Positions 1 through 14,210 of a DNA stretch of 64,000 nt are shown piece by piece. Source of the stretch: Octopus vulgaris (taxonomy: Eukaryota); NCBI GenBank assembly GCA_951406725.2, contig OX597827.1, positions 43,834,001-43,898,000 on the forward strand, written 5' to 3'. A program made the position numbers and the translations under genes. The notes below the pieces were generated by a model. It was not told the DNA's origin. It saw nothing but the letters and a program-made list of their open reading frames with translations, and did no database searches. Numbering within the stretch: the stretch's first letter is position 1; each line of letters starts with the position of its first letter.

Positions 1-4
1 TCTC

Positions 5-57
5 GAACATCTGATGATTTGCACGTGTCCAACGCCCACGAAACTTTAGTAATGTAC
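5..57 (+). ncRNA. Degenerate minimal type-I hammerhead ribozyme (Penelope-type)
   Basis: acat-CTGATGA(11-17)-stem II (5 of 8 pairs left)-GAA A(40-43)-ctttag-T A(50-51)-atgt; stem I acat/atgt pairs; stem III actttagt is one substitution from a palindrome. Confidence 0.55.
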
Positions 58-302
58 AAACTACTATTAAATACGTGCAATTTCGACCAGCGCATACGCA
101 CACGGGTGTGTATATATGTGCGTGCGATTGTGCAGCGCATGCGTGGAAACTGAAATGGCTGTAAGGAGAGATGCAATATTTAAAATCAATCTGTATCTTC
201 AGATAAATGATAAGGAAAAACAAAAATTCTGAAAGAAAATGGTGTTGCCTGTACAATAAGCTATGATGATTTTAACCAATCAAATCACTCGCTTACGTAT
301 AC

Positions 303-535
303 TTACTTTTTTACTTTTAACTTGTTTCAGTCATTTGATTGTGACCATGCTGAAGCACCGCCTTTAGTCGAACAAATCGACCCCAGGACTTATTCTTTGT
401 AAGCCTAGTACTTATTCTATCGGCCTCTTTTTGCCGAACCACTAAGTTATGAGGACGTAAACATACCAGCATCGGTTGTCAAGCGATGTTGTGGAGGACA
501 AACACAGACACAAACATATACACACACATATATAC
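303..535 (-). mobile_element. SINE family A, 3' half
   Basis: Reverse complement of the 3' half of the copies at 1211-1612 and 9853-10330. Confidence 0.85.
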
Positions 536-656
536 TGCATATGTGAGAAAAATATTTCAATGAGTTACAAGCATTATTTGTATTTCTTCCTGCAACATAC
601 CATTTCAGTCTCACAAAAATAGTAAAATATTCTGAAACCAAGTATTGTATTCCTTC

Positions 657-687
<31 letters not shown>

Positions 688-827
688 TGATGTAAGCACC
701 TGGGAACAATGTGCCCTTTGGGTTTTTATTTTTCTTAAAGAGTGTTATTTCAGAGAATTTTGCCATCTTTTCTATTTTATTGATCTATCACATAGTGACT
801 CTCTCACTCGTTGAGCTGTTGCCACTG

Positions 828-1008
828 TCTAACTGCAGAGGTCAACCGTGACCAACTTTACCGACGATCAAAGATGCTTCAGCGGTGAACATGACTTCTT
901 TTATTAAATACAGTTATCAAACGTGTTCTCCCATTTTTGGAGAACAATACTAAGACTAGGCTGTTTTTTCCAGCAGGACGAACAATCATGTAGCGGCTTC
1001 TCTCCTTG
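828..1008 (-). mobile_element. Old SINE-like family G copy
   Basis: Diverged match to 21622-21810 and 23652-23850 (gatcaaag...ggctgttttttccagcagg). Confidence 0.45.
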
Positions 1009-1082
1009 ATTCGTGTACTTACAATCACTGCCTTTGACACTTATAATGTTACTTTTCATTAATATTAATATTAATATTGTGT

Positions 1083-1208
1083 CAAATATTCAGCCCAGAT
1101 CGACTTTGCCTTCTATCTTTTGGGGGGGTCGATAAAATAAATAACAGTTGAGCACTGGAGTCAGTGTAATCGACTTACCACTCCCACAAAGTTGCTGGCC
1201 TTATGAAA
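1083..1208 (+). mobile_element. SINE family C, partial
   Basis: tcgactttgcctt...gtcgataaaataa...gcactgg...gtaatcgactt core shared with 60570-60803 and 62690-62838. Confidence 0.75.
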
Positions 1209-1210
1209 AA

Positions 1211-1377
1211 CAGGAGTGGCTGTGTGGTAAGTAGCTTGCCTACCAACCACATGGCTCTGTGTTCAGTCCCACTGCGTGGCACCTTGGGCAAGTGTCTTCT
1301 ACTATAGCCTCGGGCCAATCAAATCCTTGTGAGTGGATTTGGTAGACGGAAACTGAAAGAAGCTCGTCATATATATG

Positions 1378-1425
<48 letters not shown>

Positions 1426-1612
1426 TGTGTCTGTGTTGACAACCGATGCTGGTGCGTTTATGTCCCCGTAACTTAGCAGTTCGGCAAAAGAGATCGATAG
1501 AGTAAGAACTAGGCTTACAAATATAAGAATAAGTCCTGGCGTCGATTTCCTAGACTAAAGGCGGTGCTCCAGCATGGCCGCAGTCAAATGACTGAAACAA
1601 GTAAAAGAGTAA
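1211..1612 (+). mobile_element. SINE family A, full length
   Basis: tRNA-like head (A-box-like TGGCTGTGTGG, B-box-like GTTCAGTCCC), ccttgggcaagtgtctt core, internal (TA)n(TG)n, gtaaaaga tail; more than 10 homologues in the window. Confidence 0.9.
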
Positions 1613-1744
1613 ATATTAATTTTGTCACATGATTTAAGAAACGTGAAGAAGTAGCGTCGACGTTGATTACCCCCATTTTAATATTCTGAATCGTGTTCTT
1701 TTATCATCCCCCCCCCCCCACCATACGAATGGGTTCCTTCTATT

Positions 1745-2262
1745 AATACTATAGCCTTGTGAGTGAATTCGGTAGATGGAAACTGTGTGGAAATCTGTCA
1801 CGCGCGCGTATGTGTATGTCTTTGTGGTTATGTTTGCTCTTACCACCGCTTGACAAACGGTGTTCGGTTGCTTACATCTGTGTGACTTAGCGGTTTTTCT
1901 CTCTCTTTTTCTCTCTTTTACTTGTTTCGGCCATACTGGAGCACCGCCTTTAGTCTTCTTTGTTAGCCTAATACTTATTCTATCGGTCTCCTTTCCTGAG
2001 CCGCTAAGTTACGGGGACGTAAACACACCACCATCGGTTGTTAAGCGATGTTTGTTGGACAAACAGACACACAAACATATACTCACACGTACATATATAT
2101 ATATATATATACATATACGACGGGCTTCTTTCAGTTTCCGTATACCAAATCCATTTACAAGGCTTTGGTCGGCTCGAGGCTATAATAGAAGACACTTGTC
2201 CAAGGTGCCACGCAGTGGGACTGAACCCGGGAACATTTGGTTGGTAAGCAAGCTACTTACTA
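1745..2262. mobile_element. Two family A SINE pieces: old + fragment (1745-1893) and near-full - copy (1905-2262)
   Basis: Direct homology to other family A copies in both orientations. Confidence 0.8.
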
Positions 2263-2385
<123 letters not shown>

Positions 2386-2941
2386 GAGTGAGAGAGCAAC
2401 ACATGCTATCAAACTAACACTGGGGTAAAATATACGAAGCCCAGTATACCCATCATGACTACCCATCTGATAAAGGTACAACAGGCACATGCATCGCAGC
2501 CATATGTGCACAACAAGGTGATCTCATATAAAGATAAACAGCGCATGACCTTGCAAGTGGGACCAGTTAGAATTTTCTTCTGATCGAGTAGCCCATCCCG
2601 CTCAAAAGGTCCTTGAATAGGGATTGTTTAAGGATGTTGAACGAACCACCCATGTTTCCAAAGGGGAATTATCCAAACCTTTAAGAATTCCTTTTAACAC
2701 ATGGCTATGATGCTCCCCCACTACTTCTGCTCATGATCAGAGATGCACATATTGTCAGCCACTAAAGGACACGCTCAAATGGTTATGGTCAAACAACTGA
2801 CAAACAAATCTGTGGTATTGAGCAGAATATTTACTGTAGTCTATCTTTTATACCAAGCCAAAAACAATGTAGATGATAACACTTCCAATCAGTTAAGATC
2901 AAAAGCCATGAGAGCCATTGCCTGGTACTGCTTCAGGGCAT
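2386..2941 (-). mobile_element. Non-coding interspersed element ending in (AAT)n, possibly a non-autonomous retroelement
   Basis: Sharply bounded 550-bp complex block between (ATT)n and (ATC)n arrays; no recognisable ORF; class is inferred. Confidence 0.4.
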
Positions 2942-3436
2942 TTATCATCATCATTATCATCATCATCGTCGTCGTCATCGTCGTCATCGTTGTTGTGGTC
3001 ATCATCATCATCATTATTATCATTGTTTTTATTCTGCAACTCGCTTCTGTGCAGTATGACACAGTTCCTCGCGCTCGGTAATTCTACGTCAATTATTGAT
3101 TTCTAATTTTGGCACAAAGCCGCAAATGATTCTAAGAATCACTCACACAGGTATTGAATAGATCGAGTAAATGAATGCTGCAATATTTTATTGAACTCGT
3201 GAGGGAGGCTGAAGAATATAAAACCAAAATGTCAGAAGAATTGGCGTGATTTTTAGGTCGCTTCATTTTCTGAAATTTGTTTTGTAAAGGGAGATTACTG
3301 CGTAAATAACGTAAGACATTTAATTATGATGTATCGTCCGTGCAATCTATTTATTGCACTTTGGCTTTGACAGTTATTGAGAGAACGGACATAACAAAAT
3401 GTCCTGGAATCAAGTTTTGTAATTGAAATGCTTCGC

Positions 3437-3592
3437 TGCTACTGCTGTTGCTGCTGTTGCTGCTGCTGCTGCTGCTACAGCCCTTGTTGTAGATGAAGAT
3501 GTTGACGACGATGGTGATGACGATGACGGCGATGACGACGACGACGATAATGATGGCTACGACGACGACGACGATGATGATGGTGATAATGG

Positions 3593-3626
<34 letters not shown>

Positions 3627-3722
3627 TGTGACCGCGACTATGACGTTGGTGATGGTGATGATGATGATAATAACGACGATGTTGATGATGATGATGTAGA
3701 GGATGCTGATGTTGATGACGAG
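3437..3722. repeat. Compound (GCT)/(GAT)/(GAC) microsatellite
   Basis: Explains the poly-A/poly-D/poly-H ORFs. Confidence 0.95.
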
Positions 3723-3744
3723 GATTGTGTTTTTGCATTAGCTG

Positions 3745-4160
3745 CGCTTGACAACCGGTGTTGGTGTGTTTACATCCCTGTAACTTGGTGATATCATAAG
3801 TAGCAGACTTTAAAAACTGTAAAGGTACTTGGGTTGATCTATTCGACTAAAAATTCTTGAAGGTGGTGCCCCAGCATGGCCGCAGTCCAACGACTAAAAC
3901 ATGTAAAAGGTGGCGCAGGAGTGGCCGTGTAGTAAGTAACTTGCTTACCAACCACATGGTTCCAGGTTCAGTCCCACTATGTGGCACCTTGCTGTTCTAC
4001 TATGGCCTCGGATCGACCAAAGCCTTGATTACATCGACACCAATATTTGACTGTGACTTATTTTATCGACACCGAATGGCAAAGTCGACTTCGGTGAAAT
4101 TTGAACTCAGAACGTAAAGCCGGAAGAAATGCCACAAGCATTCTGCCAGCTCACCGCTTT
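3745..4160. mobile_element. Cluster of SINE fragments: A 3' half (+, 3745-3908), A head (+, 3912-4028), C (-, 4030-4160)
   Basis: Homology to full-length A and C copies. Confidence 0.75.
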
Positions 4161-4254
4161 AATATACAAATATTAATTAGTAACATTAATGATAAAGAGT
4201 TGGAAGGTGGGTCTTTATGGCCCCCACCACCAACACCGATAACACAAAATACAC

Positions 4255-5620
4255 AATGACAATCTCTAACAAAAATACCACCAATTTGTAACTTAGGAAT
4301 TAATGGAACAATTCTGAAGCAAATCGATTCTTTTAATTATTTAGGAACCACCATTATATCAGATTGGAAAGACGTCAAAATAATTAAGGATTGAACAAGT
4401 CAAGGCTGCTTTTCGTGAAATCAGACATACATTATTTTCTACTCTAGAAACAAGGCCCGAAATTTTGGGGGAGGGGGCCAGTCGATTAGGTCGACGCCAG
4501 ACGCAACTTGCACTTAATTTATCGACCCCGAAAGGATGAAAGGCAAAGTCGACCTTAGCGGAATTTGAACTCAGAACGTAAAGACAGACGAAATACCAAT
4601 TTCTTTATTGCTCACCAGGGGTCAAACATAGAAATGGACAGAACAGCTGATGGGATCAGTAAAGCGATATGATTTTAAATATAATGTGACTTTAAAAATT
4701 TAAAGACAATATAAAAAAATCGAATGGAATTAACAATAGAAAGACAATACAAATGAAGCGATGATCAGGCCACGCTCCGACCCCACAAGCCCCTCAAAAG
4801 TATTAAGTCGATTGCATCGACCCCAGTGCGTAACTGGTACTTTATGGATCTCGAAAGGATGAAAGGCAAAGTCGACCTCGGTGGAATTTGAACTCAGAAC
4901 GTAATGGCAGATTACCTATTTCTTTACTACCCACAAGGAGCTAAACACAGAGGAGACAAACAAGTACAGACAAACGGATTAAGTCGATTATATCGACCCC
5001 AGTGCGTAACTGGTACTTAATTTATCGACCCCGAAAGGAAGAAAGGCAAAGTGGACCTTGGCGGAATTTGAACTCAGAACATAACAGCAGACGAAATACC
5101 GCTAAGCATTTCGCCCGACGTGCTAACGTTTCTGCCAGCTTGCCTCCTTGAAATCAGGCATGTGTTGTGAAATAAATGGTTGTCGACATGAGTGAGAAAA
5201 AATAAACTCAAAGGGTTGACTTAGGACCCGTTTTATGTATGGTTGTGTGATCTGGAATATCAACAAACAATTGCAAAATTTTATGAAAAGTCTACAGAGA
5301 TATAATTCGTTAGAAGAACGATGAAGCTGCCCTGTGCAAACAGAGAAGCAAACATTGAAGTTCATAGACGAAAAGATTACTTGAAAACATCTCAGCAATA
5401 AGAAGACACAAACTAAGCTGATTGTACGCTTAGTAACAGCCAGGAAAACTGGAATTAAGAACTTGAGGAAGACAAAAAGAGCGGATACTCAAAGGCTTTA
5501 ATCTCTGGCTACTGAAAAATTGACTGAAAACAATAACTTGCTAAATGTTGTCTGAAACAAGAATGAGAAGAGATCCATGCTCCTCGACGCCAATAGGCTT
5601 GGCACATGGAGATGAGGACT
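4255..5620 (+). pseudogene. Degraded RTE-like LINE ORF2 C-terminal fragment, interrupted by the family C array
   Basis: Translates as LKQIDSFNYLGTTIISD...KAAFREI, then after the insertion FMYGCVIWNI...FVRRTMKLP; many stops and frameshifts. Confidence 0.7.
4429..5148 (-). mobile_element. Tandem trimer of SINE family C with one target-site duplication
   Basis: Three copies of the gaaaggatgaaaggcaaagtcgacc...gaatttgaactcagaac core; TSD tgaaatcagacat (4416-4428) / tgaaatcaggcat (5149-5161). Confidence 0.85.
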
Positions 5621-6474
5621 ATGTTTAGTAGCTCCCTTGCTACTTCCAATATTTCTGTTCTACATTTAGTTTTCTCTTGCAAACTTTAGTACCCTACTTG
5701 CTGCTACTTTCAAAATTCTTCTACTATTTCAGTACTTCCTTGTTAACTCGATTATTTCCCTCTTGTTTTCAATACTTCTTTACCGCTTTCAAAACACCCC
5801 TGCTACTTCCGTACTTCCCTGTTACATTTAACAATCTCCGGCTACCTTCTCCTCTAAGAATATATACTTTGTTACGATGTTAGATTTATTATGTAACACG
5901 AGATGTATCCTGATTATATTTCTTTTATGTTCCTACTCAATAGTACAAACGAAACTATATATCATGCATGGTACTACAAATGTATTAATACTTTTGGTGC
6001 TGCTGTTCTTCAAATAATATTTTATATCTTTGATCCTGTCCAAACAGCAGGGTTTTTTTTTTTATTCACGTTCACTTAGCTTTCACATACTGAGAACACG
6101 CAAGCGCAAGAGAAAGAGGGGGAGAGGAGGAAGAGATTTACTCTTATCGTCGCTCTTATACATAACGAATAGGTACTTATCACTCACCCCCACCTACTTC
6201 TGATCCATGGCGTTATATATCTTTCATTCGTGTCAGCATCTTCCATTTTTTGCAATGTCAATTTCCCTCATTTGCTTAACACAATGGACATTTTAGTATC
6301 TATGCTAAACCACTCAACAGACAATTGCCAAGAAGTACACAAACTGCACGTCATTTGTTGTACGTAGTTTAAATCATCGATTAAGGGACAGAAACAGACT
6401 GAGCCCACCTTCTCCCTATATCATAAATTAGCGTTTGTAAAGCTAACTCGAAGCACAGAATAAAGCCATCTATT

Positions 6475-6870
6475 ACGACTTTCATCGCCGTCGTCATCGT
6501 TGTAATTGGCGAAGGCGGAGGTATTGTTTTCAGTTGTGTTTCTTTGTTTGGTTTGCCCGTGAACAAAATATCTCAAGAACCACTGGATGAATTTGGATGA
6601 AACTTTCAGGGGTATTTGGCCTTGTGGCTGGCACAAACTGATTAGATTTTGGGATCGATCCGATACAGGAAAAGGATTCTGGATTATTTTTCCTGCTTTT
6701 TTTTTTTACTTCATTTTTGAGAGCGGTCGGGTTCATTTTTAGTATTCTCATTTGTGAGAGCAGTCGAGTTTATTTCAGATATTCTCATTTTAATAACCAT
6801 CTCTGGCTAATCGTTGAGAAGACGTTGGTGTTGCCTTGGCGGAGGTTTGCGATCCCTGAGTGCTCTTGCT
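6475..6870 (+). mobile_element. Helentron-associated (HINE/DINE-like) non-autonomous element
   Basis: 5' ggcgaaggcggaggtattgttttc, gtttg-type repeats, ggatgaaactt, 3' subterminal ccttggcggagg (6834-6845) followed by a short imperfect hairpin gcgatccctgagtgc. Confidence 0.6.
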
Positions 6871-6924
6871 ATTATTGTTATTGTTGGTGCCGTTGTTGCT
6901 GTTGTTATTATTATTGTTACTATA

Positions 6925-7009
<85 letters not shown>

Positions 7010-7010
7010 A

Positions 7011-7044
<34 letters not shown>

Positions 7045-7048
7045 GGTG

Positions 7049-7081
<33 letters not shown>

Positions 7082-7112
7082 ACAGCAGCATCAGCATCAG
7101 TAGTAGTAGTAG

Positions 7113-7146
<34 letters not shown>

Positions 7147-7240
7147 AGCAGCAGCAGCAGCAGTAGTAGTAGTAGTGGTGGTGCTGGTGCTGGTAGCGCT
7201 CGTGATGGTGGTGGTGGTGGTGGTAGTAATATTAGTAGTA
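6870..7240. repeat. Compound (ATT)/(AGT)/(GGT)/(GTT)/(AGC) microsatellite
   Basis: Successive trinucleotide runs. Confidence 0.97.
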
Positions 7241-7924
7241 AATTCTTCGTTTTTTATTGACCTCTTTCTACTCGATGTCAACCCAAACGTTGTGTTGGGT
7301 TTTTGTATTTCCACTTTGTTCTGTCCTTTGTTTTATGGGCCTTTGAGGCCCATTAAATCACTATGATTTTTTTTAGTATTAATATTAGTATTAGTATCAT
7401 TATGGCTAACTCCTTGCCCTTCGAGGTACCTCAAATCTCATAATATTTTCACTCTAAACAAAGCTACCACCTGGATGAGAGAAAATATTATTCTACGCGA
7501 CAGCGTGCCAAGAGAGAGAAAAGAAAGACGATGACACTAGCTTCTTTGAATGATATTGTCGTTAGAATCCAGAGCACATACAACAGATTATGGCCACTTC
7601 GCTGTTGCTATGGAAATTTCAGCTATGAATTTTGTCGACAATTTATTCTGAGTCTCTTGTATTGTTATGAGGTGAGAGTTTTTACGAAGGCAAGAGAATA
7701 TAGCTGTTTAAACACGTCCTCTTTGCCAAAGTGGATGTGCTTAGATTTTTAACTGTTTAAATGTGTACGGATTTTATCTTATCGAATTACATCATACAGA
7801 TCGGATTGAATTCTTTATCCGTGCACCTTCCAAGTTGATGACTTCCTAAAGTTTAAAGTTGGCTGCAAATATATTCTATTCGCTGTATTAGACGAGGTTT
7901 GTGACGATAAAAAAAGAATAAAGC

Positions 7925-8450
7925 TTCTTCTTGAGTCATACAGACTCTAAAGGCCGGTTTCCTGACTTCTGCGATGTATATATTAGTCCCCGATGTATAT
8001 ATCAGTTTATCAGCTGATTAGACTGGAGCAACGTGAACGAATGTCAGGCTCACAATCACGAGGTAGCGTGTGCGATTCTAGGACCGGGCTGTTATTGTGT
8101 TCTTGAGCAAGACACTTTATTTCACGTTGCTCCAGTTCACTCAGCTGTAGAAATGAGTTGCGAAGTCACTGGTGCCAAGCTGTATCGGCCTTTGCCTTTC
8201 CCTTGGATAACACTGGTGGCGTGGAGAGGGGAGGCCGCTATGCATGGGTGACTGCTGGTCTTCCATAAACAACCTTGCCCGGACTTGTACCTCGGAGTGG
8301 AACATTGTAGGTACAATCCCATGGCCATTCATGACCGAAGGGGCTCATTTTTTCCCAAGAACACAATGCATCGCCCGGTCAAAGCATCGAAACCACAATC
8401 TAATGATCATGAGTCCAGCACCCCTAAACACTGAACCACACACCACTCGT
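7925..8450 (-). mobile_element. Old family D SINE (-) interrupted by a family D variant (+, about 8042-8346)
   Basis: ctggagcaacgtgaa | caagaacacaa halves flank a + copy with the ttcttgagcaagacactttatttcacgttgctccag core. Confidence 0.7.
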
Positions 8451-8462
8451 GACACCATTTTA

Positions 8463-8838
8463 TGTAAATTATACAGAAAAGTGAGGCTAACACAGGGACT
8501 TCGGGGACACCGCTTGTTTACATTAACAGGGTCTTCAGTTGACTCCGTCGAACACAGCTTGTCGATTTAGGGTTCCTGGACATAATAAATCCAGCACAGT
8601 AGTCTTCTGTGGACCCCAATGCTGGATAGTTTTTAACAAAAGAATTTCGTAGCTGATTCAGTTAAAGATTTTGTTGAAGACATATGGCACTTTCTTCCTG
8701 GGAAATTCCGAGGAAGGGAAGAAGGGGAGGAAGGACTTTCTGGAAAAATTCGAGGATGGGGATTTCCTGGAAAGTTCGGGGAAGGGAGGAAGGTATTCCT
8801 GGAAAATTCCGAGGAGGGGACTTCCTGGAAAGGTTACA
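8463..8838 (-). mobile_element. Candidate solo LTR with tandem repeats at one end
   Basis: TGTAA...TTACA termini; flanks ttta/tgta (4-bp TSD, 1 mismatch); five ttcctggaaaattccgagg-type repeats at 8695-8833. Confidence 0.5.
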
Positions 8839-8886
8839 TGTATTTGATTCAAGTGTAGAAAGTGCTGTCCTTTGCAACTGCTGCTG

Positions 8887-9259
8887 CTGCTGCTGTTGCT
8901 GTTGAGCGAAGCGGTCTTCGTCCCAGTGGAAGAAGTCCGAAACGTGGTCCTTTGCTATTCGTAAGACCCGCAGAAGAGAAAGCAGGTCAACCCCCGACAC
9001 CGAGAGCATCGACGGATGGCTGAATGCGCATCCAGGGTCAGCGGTTGCGTAGGAAGTCGGGGATAAGAAAGAGGAAGAAAGAGTGAGAGAAAGTTGGAGC
9101 GAAAGAGTACAACAGGGACCACCACCAGCCCCTGCAGGTGCCTCCTGGTGCTTTAGGTGTTTTCGCTCAATAAACACACAAAACGTCCGGTCTGGGAATC
9201 GAAACCGCGATCCTTCGACCGCGAGTCCGCTGCCCTAACCACCGGGCCATTGCGCCTCC
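8887..9259 (-). mobile_element. SINE family B, tail type 1 (tRNA-Arg-like head)
   Basis: Head GGAGGCGCAATGGCCCGGTGGTTAGGGCAGCGGACTCGCGG...TTCGATTCCC with TCG at the anticodon position; 14-bp TSD tgcaactgctgctg (8873-8886 / 9260-9273); tRNA-Arg-derived OR SINEs are known in octopus. Confidence 0.88.
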
Positions 9260-9852
9260 TGCAACTGCTGCTGTTGCTTCCGGTGCCACTTTAGTTCATC
9301 GATTTTCGTTTCAATTTAATCTTCTCATCTTAGTGAGGGAATTTTTTTTACTCTTAACCTACTGCAGTCTTTCACAAGTCAATGTTGGATTGTCCTTTGA
9401 ACCTGTTGGTTACTAAATCCTCACGCTTCTACCTAATAGCTTTGATGTTACTGTTAGTGTGTATGAAAAACTAATCGATAACCGATAGATCATATTTAAT
9501 TACTTCCCAGGTTTGATTTTTGCAGATCCATGTTGACAAGTGGATGCACTAGAATGAATGTCGTTCGCTTAGTTGTTGGAATGTCGGAAACTAAGAGAAT
9601 TTTTGCTCTTTTTTTTTAACGATAATACCAGCGATATATGAAGTCCAACGCTTGTTTTCTGAGTTTCATTGGCTTGTGCATGAAATGAACAGAGGAAAAC
9701 ATCGCCCATGACGATAATTAGTAAGACTAATACTGCTTTGTGTGAGGTTACTGGGTGCCAAAGTATTCATGAGCCGATTCACATAAGGAACGTTGAAGTT
9801 GTCTAAGATTAACAGGCTTCCAGAATTGCATATTTTGATAAAAAGGCTTAGG

Positions 9853-10330
<478 letters not shown>

Positions 10331-10529
10331 ATATAAAAAGGAATTTTATTGAGGAACACTTGGAAGATGCACAAAAATTTTTGAGTGGACTTGTAAAAGC
10401 GAATAATTGTCGTCATTAAATTTACACCAAATTTCATCATTATCTCAAAGTCAATATCATTAGAAGAGCAGAGGCTGCGTAATCGTAAAATTTCCCAATC
10501 AAATACAATATGAAGCATTATTAAATACA

Positions 10530-10918
10530 GGAGGCGCAATGGCCTAGTGGTTAGGGCAGCGGACTCGCGGTCATAGGATCGCGGTTTCGATTCCCAGACC
10601 GGGCGTTCTGAGTGTTTATTGAGCAAAAACACCTAAAGCTCCACGAGGCTCCAGCAGGGGATGGTGGCGACCCATGTTGTACTCTTTCACCTCAACTTTC
10701 TCTCACTCCACTCTTACTTCCTGTTTCTGTTGTACCTGTATTTCAAAAAGCCGGCCTTGTCACTCTCTGTGTCACGCTGAATATCCCCGAGAACTACGTT
10801 ATGGGTGCACGTGTCTGTGGAGTGCTCAGCCACTTACACGTTAATTTCACGAGCAGGCTGTTCCGTTGATTCGGATCAACCGGAACCCTCATCGTCGTAA
10901 CCGACGGAGTGCTTCCCA
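10530..10918 (+). mobile_element. SINE family B, tail type 2
   Basis: Near-identical to 48283-48709; TSD tattaaatacag (10519-10530 / 10919-10930). Confidence 0.9.
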
Positions 10919-11204
10919 TATTAAATACAGCCCAATCATGAAGAAAGATGCCCTGCATGTAAATTTCAGATTGTTCAATAACAACTGAGAAATCTTAGCA
11001 TATCAAAATTCATTTTGCAATTATTCCAGACACAGAGGCTGGAGGAGTCTTACTTGTAGGTCACACAGCTTCTTACCGCACCAGAGATCGCACCTACAGT
11101 TAAAGCTGCTGACTGGCATCGATGAGAATCATCACCTGTTGCAGAATAAATAAAATCTACCGTATTAATTAAATAATTTTTCTTCCGTTTATTCTACCAG
11201 ACGC

Positions 11205-13330
<2,126 letters not shown>

Positions 13331-13644
13331 CTGTCTGCACGTTGTGTGCATAAATGCATTAGCCTACATAAGTGCATTAGTGGTGCAGAGATCACATTAG
13401 TATTTGAGAATGCAACTTTGCCATTCTGTCTTTTAACAGCTCTGATCGACATGTGCAAGCGGCTTATGAATTGAAATGCTGTGCATCTGCGCAACGTTTG
13501 CACAATACTGCATTGTGAAATAAACTGCATCTGTGTGATGTTTTATTTAATCTTTCTTGCTGAAGGTTTGCGTGTTTTTGTACATGAGTCGGTGTGTGTT
13601 ATGTGTGTGTGTGTGTTTGTGTTTGTGTGTGTACGTATCACAGG

Positions 13645-14210
13645 TATATGGCTGTGTGGTTATGAAGCTCGGCTTGCAACCTGTTGGTTTGGGATTCGAT
13701 CTCAGAGCGCAGCACTTCGTGCATGTGTTTTTCAGTTAAAGGTCCTGCTCGATGAAGGCCTTGTGAGTGAATTTGGTAGATGGAAACTGCGTGGAAGCCT
13801 TTCATATGTGTGTGTGTGTGTGTGTGTGTATGAGTTTGTGCTTCTGTGTGTGTGTGTATGAGTTTGTGCCTCTGTGTGTGTGAGCACGTACGCGCGTGTG
13901 TGTGTATGCGTACGTGTATGCTTGTGTGTGTTTGCGTGTGAGTATATCTATATGTCTGTGTGTTTGTGTGTGTGTATGTGTGTCAGTGTGTGCGCGTGTG
14001 TGTGTGTTAGCATTAAGTTGTGCCCGTTACTACCGCTTGAGCATGTTGGTTTGTTTACCTCCCCGTAACCAAATGGTTCAGCAAATATAACCAATTGATT
14101 AAGTATCAAGCTTTAAAAATAAGTACTGGAGATAGATTTATTAGGGTAAACTTTTCAAGACTTTGCTCCAGCATGGCCGCAGTTCAGTGACTGACATGGG
14201 TAAAAGATGA
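13645..14210 (+). mobile_element. Old diverged family A SINE with expanded (TG)n
   Basis: ggctgtgtgg head, ccttgtgagtgaatttggtagatggaaactg, gctccagcatggccgcag tail. Confidence 0.75.

Noticed and set aside
7604-7617. RFX X-box-like GTTGCTATGGAAAT
   Set aside because: Single imperfect match without promoter context.
8695-8833. CRISPR-like repeat array
   Set aside because: Repeats are degenerate, spacers short and non-unique, no cas genes, eukaryotic context.
8662-9177. 171-aa ORF with polyQ
   Set aside because: Chance read-through of a SINE, a CAG run and LTR repeats.
10530-10600. tRNA-Arg gene
   Set aside because: tRNA-like head continues into a SINE body with TSD; no acceptor-stem closure or terminator. 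Same for the other B, D and A heads.
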